Shown piece after piece: positions 9,694-18,573 of a DNA stretch of 64,000 nucleotides. The position numbers and the translations under genes are program-made. This stretch comes from Clostridiales bacterium (GTDB lineage Bacteria > Bacillota > Clostridia > Christensenellales > UBA3700): positions 24,539-88,538 of the forward strand of contig JAAVHS010000027.1 of NCBI GenBank assembly GCA_014799575.1, written 5' to 3'. The notes beneath the pieces are model-generated. The model was given only the letters and a program-made list of their open reading frames with translations. It did no database searches and was not told where the DNA came from. Position 1 is the first letter of the stretch; the number at the start of each line of letters is the position of its first letter.

Positions 9694-10377
9694 ATGGAAG
9701 ATAATAAAAAATCATTATTTCCCGTAAATGCCGAGAGTAAATCAGCTGGGATAATATTTCTAATTGCGGCGGCTTTGCTTGTCGGATTGACGTTTTCGCT
9801 TTGGGGAATATGGCTAATAGATATATACGCAGTAAGAATGTGCCTTACGTTGCTCGTAACTGCTGCATTTGCGGTAGTTGCCGTTGTTGCTATGAAACTA
9901 ACGGCGCAGGAAAGCAAGCTGCTGCCCACTAAACATAGATTGTGGCTGCAAATATTAATCGGGTTTGCGTTTGCCGCTGTGTTGTGCCTATTGTTTGGAA
10001 TTGTTCCGATTTTATGCGGCACAAGTATCATTGGTTCTCATACTGAACCGTCCGCAGGCTTTTTGGTAATATCCGCTATACAAGATATTCTTTTTGTTGG
10101 AGTGTGCGAGGAAATCGTATTCCGCGGATACGTACAAAATCAGTTTGAAATTTGGTTGAAAAAATGCAAATGGCTTGCGCCGTTGATTGCAGCCGTTTTA
10201 TTCGGACTGTGGCATATAATCAACGGAAGTCTAATTCAAGTGTTGTTTACTACTCTTATCGGATGTGTGTTTGGATATAGCAAATATTTTATAAAAGACT
10301 GTACGCTGTTGTCGGTTATTATAGCGCACGGAATATACGATTTTTCATTAGTGCTTTTAACTTGTTTTATGTTATAA
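9694..10377 (+). CDS. CPBP family intramembrane glutamic endopeptidase
   Basis: Polytopic membrane protein with the CPBP motifs EEIVFRGY, FGLWH and HGIYD. Confidence 0.8.
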   Translation: MEDNKKSLFPVNAESKSAGIIFLIAAALLVGLTFSLWGIWLIDIYAVRMCLTLLVTAAFAVVAVVAMKLTAQESKLLPTKHRLWLQILIGFAFAAVLCLLFGIVPILCGTSIIGSHTEPSAGFLVISAIQDILFVGVCEEIVFRGYVQNQFEIWLKKCKWLAPLIAAVLFGLWHIINGSLIQVLFTTLIGCVFGYSKYFIKDCTLLSVIIAHGIYDFSLVLLTCFML

Positions 10378-10496
10378 TGTCAACTTTAAATTCAATTTAG
10401 TTTACAAAGCTAAAATAAAAGTAGAGGAGCGAAGGCATAGCGAGGCTTGTGCGAGCGTCATTATTTCGGTAATCCCGCTCTTCGCACTTAAAAAGT

Positions 10497-10523
10497 AAAG
10501 ACCTACGATATCGTAGGTCTTTC
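10497..10523 (+). terminator. rho-independent terminator after the CPBP gene
   Basis: AAAGACCTACGA-ta-TCGTAGGTCTTT lies immediately before the island junction. Confidence 0.6.
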
Positions 10524-10535
10524 TAAATTGTCTAT

Positions 10536-10618
10536 GATGAACAAAAAGGATTTTTTTAGGGGATACCAGAAGTCGGGACTTGAACCCATTGCCAATAGCC
10601 GAAGGCGGGACTCGAACC
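10536..10618. repeat. distal island junction repeat with two tRNA-3'-end-like fragments
   Basis: The first 52 nt (10536-10587) are identical to 14986-15037. It contains TACCAGAAGTCGGGACTTGAACCC and GCCGAAGGCGGGACTCGAACC. The latter is the reverse complement of the tRNA-Leu T-loop-to-acceptor end with 1 mismatch. Confidence 0.65.
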
Positions 10619-10734
10619 TATAAATTAGTTATTGTAGTTGATTTGATAGTCGGATAGTCATAAAAGGAATATCCGATTTACATGTGCCGTGCATTTTCCT
10701 TTACAGTTGAACTAAAAAATGGTATTATATTTAT

Positions 10735-11274
10735 ATGAAGAAAGAACGCGAATTGCAACCAGGCGACATTGAAATCGCATTAAGCCTAAAGGGTAACCTG
10801 AGTGAATGTGCAGAGTTTATTCTTGAGAATATGCATGCAGGACGTGCATTATCTGATATTAAAATTAAATTAATTTATTATGCCTCGTTTTATGAGTTGT
10901 ATTTCAAATATAGATTATCTGAAATTAATCCGTCTTTGATATGGAAAGACCCTACAAAGTATAAACAAGAAAAACATGTTAGGGCAGAATTTACAAGTAT
11001 TGATGCATCAACGGTATTAGCATACGCATTAAACTTCAAATGGGTAAGTGATGCGGATGCGGAGTTGATTAAGGAAACGAATGGTTTAAGAAATAAAGTG
11101 ATTCATTTTGGATTGAATGAACAAGATAGTGAAGAATATATTAGAGTGGAAAGGATAGAGCGTGATTTTTTCGATAAGAACAAAAAGCTTGTTATTAAGT
11201 TACTTCGCCCAATTATTTCCGACTTTAAAGAAGCATTCTATTTAAAAACTTTAATACCCAAAATAATAGATTGA
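10735..11274 (+). CDS. hypothetical all-alpha protein with an Rx4H (HEPN-like) motif
   Basis: 179-aa ORF with LRNKVIH (R119-x4-H124) in the C-terminal half. It has no SD sequence. TTTACA (10700-10705), 17 nt, TATTAT (10723-10728) ends 6 nt before the ATG, so the mRNA may be leaderless. Confidence 0.4.
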   Translation: MKKERELQPGDIEIALSLKGNLSECAEFILENMHAGRALSDIKIKLIYYASFYELYFKYRLSEINPSLIWKDPTKYKQEKHVRAEFTSIDASTVLAYALNFKWVSDADAELIKETNGLRNKVIHFGLNEQDSEEYIRVERIERDFFDKNKKLVIKLLRPIISDFKEAFYLKTLIPKIID

Positions 11275-11380
11275 ATCTTTGGAGGATTAAGTAGAAAAGT
11301 CACGATTTACGCGCGACCTTTTTAGATAGTCTAATTGAAAAGTTAACGATTCTCAATGACCATTCAAAATTATAAACTAT

Positions 11381-11411
11381 TTGACAGTTTATTTGACATA
11401 TGATATCATAT
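11381..11411 (+). promoter_or_regulatory. promoter with overlapping palindromic operator candidate for the type IIB R-M genes
   Basis: TTGACA (11381-11386), 17 nt, TATCAT (11404-11409). A second TTGACA lies at 11393-11398. The perfect 14-bp palindrome ATATGATATCATAT (11398-11411) covers the -10. Confidence 0.4.
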
Positions 11412-11526
11412 TCCCTAGGTAGAGAATTATGAAGTAATATATCGTTCCGCTTTTGTTATTAATAGTAAAAATAGTACCAATAGGTAGCATAAACCACATT
11501 TATAAATACATCGGAGGAAAACTATT

Positions 11527-13617
11527 ATGTCCGAACAAACGATACAGAATAATTTATATTCAGAACCTGTAACTATTCTAGACAAATATACATGTCTTAG
11601 TTTGGGAGCTACGACTATTAATGATTTAATAAAAACAAATCAATTAAAAAATATTGAAGTATCTAGAAATTTTGGCAAAAAACCAGATGTTCTTATTATA
11701 AACAAAAATAAAGAAGTAGTAATTTTTTGTGAATTCAAATTACCAGAAGAGTTTAACACTCAAGCCAAAATAGACAAAGCAATAAATCAAGAGATTGAGA
11801 TAGCCAAAGCTGTTGGAGCGAAAATCTATGTGGTGTCTGATGGCGATACCTTTTTTTGGCTTAATCCAAAAACAGGAGCTTACATTGTAGACGAAGATGG
11901 TAAAATAATACAAAGAGAGATTAAGCCAAAAATAGAAGCAAAAAAGCTTGCGGATTTCATAGATTTAGTAGCATTATCGGTTTCTGAAGAGAATAATACT
12001 ATTCTAAAGTTGGAAGACATTGACCCAACTGATTTAGCAAAGAAAATTGCTAGAATTCTTAAAAGGATGACTTTTGCATCATCGAAAATGTCCCTATATA
12101 CTTTTGTCGAAGTATTTCTATTTAAGTATTTAAGCGATATTGATGTTTTAAAAGATCAAAACTCTTTTAATTTTATTTACAAACTCTATTCGGAAAAAGA
12201 GAAAACGAAGAAAACAAATGCCGATATTTTAGGGGCATACTTGGAGGGCCCACGTGCTCAAATGAAGATGCTTTTTCCTGATGGACAAGATGGAACATCT
12301 ATAGTTAATGGACAAATTTTTCATGTAAAAAGAGGAATTGATGGACATTATGTTGAAGAGGACTCGCATGCTATTTGTTTCAAAAATATTATGGATGAAT
12401 TCGCTGCTTATGAAAGGAAAAATGGAAAATTTATCAATATTAGTAAAGATTTTAAATCAAAACTTTTCGAAACATTTATGAAAAATAGTGATGAGAAATC
12501 GGAAATGGGGCAATTTTTTACTCCTTTAAAAATCGTGCGAGAAATGGTTAATATGGTAACTGTTTCTAAAGGAATGAAGATATGTGATCCGGCATCTGGC
12601 GTAGGAAAGTTTTTGCTTGAGGCTGCAACATCAACTGAGCTTCCTTTCTATATTAAGAACGATAATTTAATTATGGGGGTAGAGCTATATGGTTTTGAGA
12701 AACAAATGTCGGAGCAGGATGATATAACTACAATATTAGCAAAAGCAAATATGCTAATATACTTCTCAAAATTGTTTAAAGACAACAATAGCCCAAATGA
12801 TGTGCAGAATATTGCAAAAAATCTACTTAATAAAGTATTTTATTCAAGTAGAAAGGCGTTAGGGACATTAGAAAAGTTAGAGGAAAATAAATATGATCTT
12901 ATTCTAGCTAATCCGCCATATTATCAGGATGCTACAATCTCAAGCCTTGCTATGAATACTGGTTATTATTCGGCTAGAGGTAATGGAGTCGAGGCTTTAT
13001 TTTTAGAGTGGATAATACGTTCACTTAATTATGGCGGAACGGCAAATATTGTATTGCCAGATGGAATATTCACAAATTTAGGCAATACAAAATTGAAAGC
13101 TTTAATACTTAATAATTGTTTTATAGAAAGTATAATTTCTTTGCCGATAAATAGTTTTTTTAATACTCCTAAGAAAACTTATATTTTAACTTTAAGAAAG
13201 AAATCAAAAGAAGAGATTGACTCAAATGCAAAGCAAAATTATGAAGTATTTACATATATTTGCAAAAGCATTGGCGAGACACTTGATGTATATAGATTTG
13301 ATACTCCAGATGACAATGATTTGAGAGAGGCGGTTATAAAATATAACTCTTATAAAAATCTACCTGATAAAAGAAGTATACAAGAACCCTTCAAATCGTG
13401 GTTTGAATCCGATGGCAAAATGAAACTTCTGCCAATAGATTGTTTCCCTGCTACAGATAATTGGAATATTGATAATTTTTGGACTGACGAAGAGAAAATA
13501 GCCTTAGGGTTTAAAGAGGCAGATAATTCTATGACTCTCAATGAATTTCAAATATTTATCGATGAACTTGTGAATGATATTCAAAATTATAAGGAGGCTA
13601 TAGAATGTTTGAAATGA
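11527..13617 (+). CDS. BcgI-like type IIB restriction-modification enzyme, RM (endonuclease plus N6-adenine methyltransferase) subunit
   Basis: The N-terminus has a PD-(D/E)xK pattern (KKPD54VLIINKNKEVVIFCE69FK71). It is followed by gamma-class methylase motifs FFTP (X), DPASGVGKFLLEA (I) and LILANPPYY (IV). GGAGG RBS. Confidence 0.8.
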   Translation: MSEQTIQNNLYSEPVTILDKYTCLSLGATTINDLIKTNQLKNIEVSRNFGKKPDVLIINKNKEVVIFCEFKLPEEFNTQAKIDKAINQEIEIAKAVGAKIYVVSDGDTFFWLNPKTGAYIVDEDGKIIQREIKPKIEAKKLADFIDLVALSVSEENNTILKLEDIDPTDLAKKIARILKRMTFASSKMSLYTFVEVFLFKYLSDIDVLKDQNSFNFIYKLYSEKEKTKKTNADILGAYLEGPRAQMKMLFPDGQDGTSIVNGQIFHVKRGIDGHYVEEDSHAICFKNIMDEFAAYERKNGKFINISKDFKSKLFETFMKNSDEKSEMGQFFTPLKIVREMVNMVTVSKGMKICDPASGVGKFLLEAATSTELPFYIKNDNLIMGVELYGFEKQMSEQDDITTILAKANMLIYFSKLFKDNNSPNDVQNIAKNLLNKVFYSSRKALGTLEKLEENKYDLILANPPYYQDATISSLAMNTGYYSARGNGVEALFLEWIIRSLNYGGTANIVLPDGIFTNLGNTKLKALILNNCFIESIISLPINSFFNTPKKTYILTLRKKSKEEIDSNAKQNYEVFTYICKSIGETLDVYRFDTPDDNDLREAVIKYNSYKNLPDKRSIQEPFKSWFESDGKMKLLPIDCFPATDNWNIDNFWTDEEKIALGFKEADNSMTLNEFQIFIDELVNDIQNYKEAIECLK

Positions 13618-14702
13618 TTGAAAAAAGCATTTGCGAGTTATTTGAATCAGTAAATGGCAATTCAAAGTATACTAAAACCTTCTGTAGCGAACACATAGGT
13701 GAATATACTGTTTATACAGGAACAACAATAGGAATATTTGCAAAAGTTGATTCTGCTGATTTTACTGAGCCGAATTTGACGTTTACAACGGATGGCGAAA
13801 AAGCTGGCACAATTGAATTAATAACAGATAATGGGTATTGTATTGGAGGACATAGGACAATACTTAAGCCGATTGTTGCTAATATTAACTTGCTTTACTT
13901 TAAGTTTGTTTTGCAACCAATATTTTATGCAAATGTAAAAAGAGGTGATGTACCATCTCTCCATTTTAATAGAATTAAAAATTTAAAAGTACAAGTTCCA
14001 GTGCTTTCGGATGGAACTCTAGACTACGAGTTGCAAAAGAGCTTGGCGCTAAAATATCAGGATCTAGATAATAAAAAAAGGATTCTGCTAGATAAGATTG
14101 AAAAACTCAAAAGATCAGAAATTGTTTTAAGTAATGACGAGTTATTTAAATATAAGATGTTGTCCCTTAATGAAATGTTTAAATTTGAAAGGGGGAGAAT
14201 CATTTCTAAAACATACATATTAGAAAACTCAGGCGATTATCCTGTTTATTCAACACAAAAAGGAGTTTACGGACACATTAATACTTATATGAAAACAGGA
14301 GAGTTTTTATTGTGGAATACTGATGGATTGGCTGGATATATAAAGAAAACATCTGGGAGTTTTTCATATACCAATATAGTCGGCATTATGATACCTAATA
14401 AAAAAGTGGATTTTTCTATGATATCATTAGATTATATCAAATGTTATTTGGAGCCAATATTTAGGAGCAATAGAAAAGGAAGAATGGGAATTAATGGGAA
14501 GAATGAATATACTAAACTGAATAGCACTATGATAAAAAAACTAAATATCCAAATCCCTATTCCAATAAAAGACAATGGAGAGTTCGATTTGGGAAAGCAA
14601 GAGGAAATGGCACAAAAGTATGACACAATAAGTTCCATTAAGACTGACATCTATAAGCAAGTTAAAGAGTTAATTCAAATAAATGTGATTTCTCAGGAAT
14701 AA
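13605..14702 (+). CDS. restriction-modification specificity (S) subunit, HsdS/BcgIB-like
   Basis: 365 aa with two target-recognition halves separated by a coiled conserved region (ELQKSLALKYQDLDNKKRILLDKIEKLK) and a second at the C-terminus (EEMAQKYDTISSIKTDIYKQVKELI). AAGGAGG RBS. It overlaps the upstream gene by 13 nt. Confidence 0.8.
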   Translation: MFEMIEKSICELFESVNGNSKYTKTFCSEHIGEYTVYTGTTIGIFAKVDSADFTEPNLTFTTDGEKAGTIELITDNGYCIGGHRTILKPIVANINLLYFKFVLQPIFYANVKRGDVPSLHFNRIKNLKVQVPVLSDGTLDYELQKSLALKYQDLDNKKRILLDKIEKLKRSEIVLSNDELFKYKMLSLNEMFKFERGRIISKTYILENSGDYPVYSTQKGVYGHINTYMKTGEFLLWNTDGLAGYIKKTSGSFSYTNIVGIMIPNKKVDFSMISLDYIKCYLEPIFRSNRKGRMGINGKNEYTKLNSTMIKKLNIQIPIPIKDNGEFDLGKQEEMAQKYDTISSIKTDIYKQVKELIQINVISQE

Positions 14703-14808
14703 ATCTTAGAGGTTTTAATAAGTTTATATTATAAATCACCCAATAAATATTTGCAGCCTGAGAGCGATTGTAGTATTAATAAATCCTTCTTATTCATCAC
14801 GCCTATGA

Positions 14809-15067
14809 GAAAAATCCTTTTTGTACAATAGCAAGCTGCTTTTTAAATAGTAATATAAAAGCATTATTGCAATGGTATGTCGAATGAACAAAAAGGATTT
14901 TGTTCTTCAAAGTGCTTGGAATAAGAAAAACACACGCTTTTGGAGTAATTTGTACGCTCCTTTTGCGTGTGCTTGGGTGTGCGTGATGAACAAAAAGGAT
15001 TTTTTTAGGGGATACCAGAAGTCGGGACTTGAACCCCTTGTCCATAGCCGAAGTCGGGACTTGAAGT
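14809..15067. repeat. internal island junction: copy of the tRNA-Leu downstream flank plus tRNA-3'-end-like fragments
   Basis: 14809-14983 is roughly 80% identical by eye to 22410-22585, with identical blocks such as TATGTCGAATGAACAAAAAGGATTTTGTTC and ACGCTCCTTTTGCGTGTGCTTGGGTG. 14986-15067 parallels 10536-10618. GCCGAAGTCGGGACTTGAAG (15048-15067) is a degenerate tRNA-Leu 3' end. Confidence 0.65.
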
Positions 15068-15135
15068 CAAATATTAAATCAATTTTGAAATGTTGCGTTT
15101 TTAATAAGAATAGTTTAAAATATTTACGAAAGAGT

Positions 15136-15555
15136 ATGAGTGATATTTTTGACAAGAAAAAACGTTCGGAAATAATGAGTTCCGTAAGAAGCCAAAATAA
15201 CAAGTCGACGGAGTTAAGGCTTATTAAATTATTTAAAGAATTAAATATAAAAGGTTGGCGAAGAAATTATAAAGTTGAAGGTAAACCTGACTTCGTATTT
15301 TTAGAAAAGAAGATAGCTGTATTTGTAGACGGTTGTTTTTGGCATGGTCATGACTGTAGAAATGTTACGCCTGCAGACAATAATATTTATTGGGATAATA
15401 AACGTATGAGAAACAAGTTGCGCGATTCCCAGATTAATGAAAGGTTTAAGTCTAGAGGGTGGACAGTAATTAGAATTTGGGAATGTGAATTAACAAATAA
15501 AAGGAAAGAGAAGGCAGTCTCTAAATTACAGTTATTGTTGTATGTACAAGAATAA
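15136..15555 (+). CDS. vsr: very short patch repair endonuclease
   Basis: 139 aa from the ATG at 15136: KKKRSEIMSSVRSQNNKSTELRLIKLF, GKPDFVF, FVDGCFWHGH, IRIWECEL. The upstream part of the track ORF (14872-15135) runs across the junction repeat and was discarded. Confidence 0.9.
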   Translation: MSDIFDKKKRSEIMSSVRSQNNKSTELRLIKLFKELNIKGWRRNYKVEGKPDFVFLEKKIAVFVDGCFWHGHDCRNVTPADNNIYWDNKRMRNKLRDSQINERFKSRGWTVIRIWECELTNKRKEKAVSKLQLLLYVQE

Positions 15556-15771
15556 TCTATAAACAAATTGGCATTTTGTTAAGTATATATACATTTGTCG
15601 GGTAAGACTGAGTTAGGATAATAGTTAAATTATTTTTATTGTATTTCTCGATTTTAATTTTCAATTTGAAAGTGTATTAAATGATGTCCAAGTATTTACA
15701 CATTTCGTCCTTTACAAAGTCACAAAGGAATGGTAAACTATGAAAGTAAATTTAATATATGAGGTGAAAAA

Positions 15772-16023
15772 ATGTTTGGCAGAAGACATAGGTCATATTA
15801 TACGAAAGAGGGCTACAAGCAAGTATATAAACCGAGAAGTCTAGAGGCGCGAAGCAACGGGTATGTAGCAGAACATCGCGATGTCGCAAGTAGGAAAATC
15901 GGAAGGCCTTTGCGCCCAAACGAAGTTGTGCATCACCGCGATGGAAATAAGCGCAACAATCGGCCGAGTAACTTGCAAGTAATGAGTCGTGCGAGACATT
16001 GGAAAATACACCATTCGAAATAA
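15772..16023 (+). CDS. stand-alone HNH endonuclease
   Basis: 83 aa with VVHHRDGNKRNNRPSNLQVMSRARHWKIHH (HNH pattern) and a GAGGTG RBS. It is markedly GC-richer than its neighbours (31/60 at 15841-15900). Confidence 0.8.
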   Translation: MFGRRHRSYYTKEGYKQVYKPRSLEARSNGYVAEHRDVASRKIGRPLRPNEVVHHRDGNKRNNRPSNLQVMSRARHWKIHHSK

Positions 16024-16051
16024 TGTGAAATGATGAAAACTATTCGTAATT

Positions 16052-16104
16052 TTTTGGCGTTTTGGCGTTTTGGCGTTGACAACTCTCTTTTTTGATGCTA
16101 TAAT
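16052..16104 (+). promoter_or_regulatory. consensus sigma70 promoter preceded by three tandem 8-bp iterons
   Basis: TTTTGGCG occurs three times (16052-16059, 16060-16067, 16068-16075) and directly abuts TTGACA (16076-16081), 17 nt, TATAAT (16099-16104). Confidence 0.55.
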
Positions 16105-16127
16105 GAAATTACCTCATGGAGGAGATT

Positions 16128-16283
16128 ATGAAAGATATTAGAATAAGTGTTAGATTGACACAAGAAGAACACGAAAAGCTAAAGATTTTGGTTATAAAGA
16201 AGAAAACTACCATAAACGATTTTCTGCTTAATTATATTAGAGAAGAGGTGTCTAAAAATGCCAAAGACAATAAGCAAGATTAA
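16128..16283 (+). CDS. ribbon-helix-helix (CopG/Arc-like) small protein, candidate controller of the R-M operon
   Basis: Not in the ORF track because it is under 60 aa. ATG at 16128 follows a GGAGG RBS. Translation: MKDIRISVRLTQEEHEKLKILVIKKKTTINDFLLNYIREEVSKNAKDNKQD. It shows a beta strand (ISVRLT) followed by two helices. It overlaps the first methylase gene by 26 nt. Confidence 0.55.
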   Translation: MKDIRISVRLTQEEHEKLKILVIKKKTTINDFLLNYIREEVSKNAKDNKQD

Positions 16284-17418
16284 TATAATGTCTTTATTTG
16301 CAAATATAGGCGTAGCAGAAGCATATATGGAAAGAATCGGCGCAAGAATAACAGTTGCTAATGAATTGATTAAACGGCGTGCTGATTTATATAAAAAAAT
16401 ATATCCCCATACTCAAATGGTGTGCGGAGATATTTTCGACGAGGATATTCAATCAAAATTAATAAAACTTGCTCAAGACACCAATGTAGAATTGATAATG
16501 GCAACGCCTCCATGTCAGGGTATGAGTACTGCAGGTAGGCAAGAGACAGATGATTATAGAAATACATTATTTTTACCTGTGGTCAAACTTGTTAAGGTGG
16601 TTAAGCCAAGATATGTTTTTATAGAGAATGTTCCGCTTTTTCTACAGACGGCAATTATGTACAATGGAGCAAGGAAAAATATTATTGATATAATTGCAGA
16701 GGAACTCGGTAACGATTATATTATTAATTTCAATATTGCAAACACGGCGCAATATGGGGTTCCCCAAACTAGAGAAAGAGCCATAATTTTGATGACGCGA
16801 AATGACCAAAGTATTGAATGGGTAATGCCTCAACCTGACGAAAAACAAGTCACAATGAGAGATGCCATAGGGTATTTGCCTAGCATTGATCCATTTATTA
16901 GGGATGTGAGCAGGAACGAGTTGTTGGAGATGTTTCCAGAGTACTATGAGAAGGAAAAGGCTGCCTTAAATATATCACCATGGAATTTTCCTCCCCACCA
17001 CATAAAAAGGCAAGTTGAAGTAATGATGCATACTCCAACCGGTCAAACAGCATTTTCGAATCATGATAAGTACAAGCCCAAAAAAGAAAATGGCAATACG
17101 GTAAAAGGCTATTTTAATACTTATAAACGACAAGAGTGGGATATTCCTGCTTATACGGTAACAATGGATAATCGAAAGATTTCCTCCCAAAACAACGTAC
17201 ATCCTGGAAGATATATAGGAACGGACGGAAATGGGGACGCTATTTATTCAGATGCTAGAGTTTTAACAGTTTATGAGTTAATGAAGATAATGAGTTTGCC
17301 TGATGATTGGCCTATACCTATAAGTACGCCTGCGGCATTTTTGAGATCGATTATTGGTGAAGGAATTCCACCTTTATTCGTGAAAAAGATTTATCAAAAT
17401 TTATTGAGGTCGTTATGA
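16258..17418 (+). CDS. DNA (cytosine-5)-methyltransferase, M1 of a LlaJI-like system
   Basis: Motifs are LFANIGVAEAY (I, atypical), ATPPCQGMS (IV), FIENVP (VI), QYGVPQTRERAIIL (VIII) and GEGIPPLF (X). Confidence 0.9.
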   Translation: MPKTISKINIMSLFANIGVAEAYMERIGARITVANELIKRRADLYKKIYPHTQMVCGDIFDEDIQSKLIKLAQDTNVELIMATPPCQGMSTAGRQETDDYRNTLFLPVVKLVKVVKPRYVFIENVPLFLQTAIMYNGARKNIIDIIAEELGNDYIINFNIANTAQYGVPQTRERAIILMTRNDQSIEWVMPQPDEKQVTMRDAIGYLPSIDPFIRDVSRNELLEMFPEYYEKEKAALNISPWNFPPHHIKRQVEVMMHTPTGQTAFSNHDKYKPKKENGNTVKGYFNTYKRQEWDIPAYTVTMDNRKISSQNNVHPGRYIGTDGNGDAIYSDARVLTVYELMKIMSLPDDWPIPISTPAAFLRSIIGEGIPPLFVKKIYQNLLRSL

Positions 17419-18572
17419 AAGGACTTGTTGGATTATCATTGTTTGCTAATGTAGGAATAGCAGAAGCCTATTTAAAAGAGATAGGAGTAGATATAGTATT
17501 GGCAAATGAACTGTTACCAGAACGGGTAGATTTATATAGAAAAATTTATCCAAATACAGAAATGATTTGCGGCGATATAACTAAAATTGAAGTTAGAGAT
17601 GAAATAGTGGAAAAGGCTATTAATGCCAAAGTTAATATGATTATGGCAACCCCGCCATGCCAAGGAATGAGTGTGGCAGGTAATAGGAACCCTTTTGACA
17701 AACGGAATCAATTAGTTTATTATGCGATTGATGTAATAAAACGGGTGAAACCGCAATTTGTACTTCTAGAAAATGTTCCGAGACTTTTGGTTACTAAGAT
17801 AAGCGTAGACGGGAAGTTGATGCTTATACCTGATTATATCAAAAAAGAACTTGGTGAAGATTATCAATTTAATACCGAAACTTTGGTAAAAGCGAAAGAC
17901 TATGGGGTTCCCCAATTAAGAGAGCGTAACATATTCTTACTAACTCTTAAATCTACTGGAATTAAATGGGAATTTCCTCCAAAGGAAGAACATGAAATAA
18001 CTCTAGAAGAGGCAATAGGACATCTGCCTTCTTTGGATCCTTTATTGCGTGAAGGTGAAAAGAAAACAATTGAGTTGTTTCCAGATTATTTTAAAAAGAA
18101 AGAAGAGGGATTAAAGGTGTCCAAATGGCATTTCCCTCCGACTCATAGTTACAAGCATGTTTTATGGATGATGCACACAGCGACAGGGAAATCAGCCATA
18201 TATAATCGAGAATATTATCCGCAAAAAGAAGATGGAGAGCATATTGTTGCGCACCATAATCATTATAGAAGATTGTCTTGGAATAAACCCTGTCGAACTA
18301 TAACAATGAACAACGGAGTGATTTCTTCGCTTTGTTGTGTTCACCCCGGCAGGCCATATATAGATAATAAAGGAGAAATCTTATATTCTGATCCAAGAGT
18401 ATTGACGATATATGAATTAATGATTGTGACTTCGCTACCATTGGATTGGCCCATTCCCAATGGCACAAATGAGACACTTATAAGACACGTGATTGGAGAA
18501 GGAATACCGCCACTTCTAATCAAAAAAATATTGCAACAATTGTTGAATGAAATAAACATGTTGGAGGATTAA
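17415..18572 (+). CDS. DNA (cytosine-5)-methyltransferase, M2 (paralogue of M1)
   Basis: It has the same motif set (LFANVGIAEAY, ATPPCQGMS, LLENVP, DYGVPQLRERNIFL, GEGIPPLL). There is an ATGA start/stop overlap with M1. Confidence 0.9.
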   Translation: MKGLVGLSLFANVGIAEAYLKEIGVDIVLANELLPERVDLYRKIYPNTEMICGDITKIEVRDEIVEKAINAKVNMIMATPPCQGMSVAGNRNPFDKRNQLVYYAIDVIKRVKPQFVLLENVPRLLVTKISVDGKLMLIPDYIKKELGEDYQFNTETLVKAKDYGVPQLRERNIFLLTLKSTGIKWEFPPKEEHEITLEEAIGHLPSLDPLLREGEKKTIELFPDYFKKKEEGLKVSKWHFPPTHSYKHVLWMMHTATGKSAIYNREYYPQKEDGEHIVAHHNHYRRLSWNKPCRTITMNNGVISSLCCVHPGRPYIDNKGEILYSDPRVLTIYELMIVTSLPLDWPIPNGTNETLIRHVIGEGIPPLLIKKILQQLLNEINMLED

Positions 18573-18573
18573 C

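Noticed and set aside
14803-15135. ORFs 14803-15045 (-), 14907-15203 (-) and the 5' extension of the vsr ORF (14872-15135).
   Set aside because: They run across the junction repeat and the tRNA-like fragments and have no RBS. Vsr homology begins only at the ATG at 15136.
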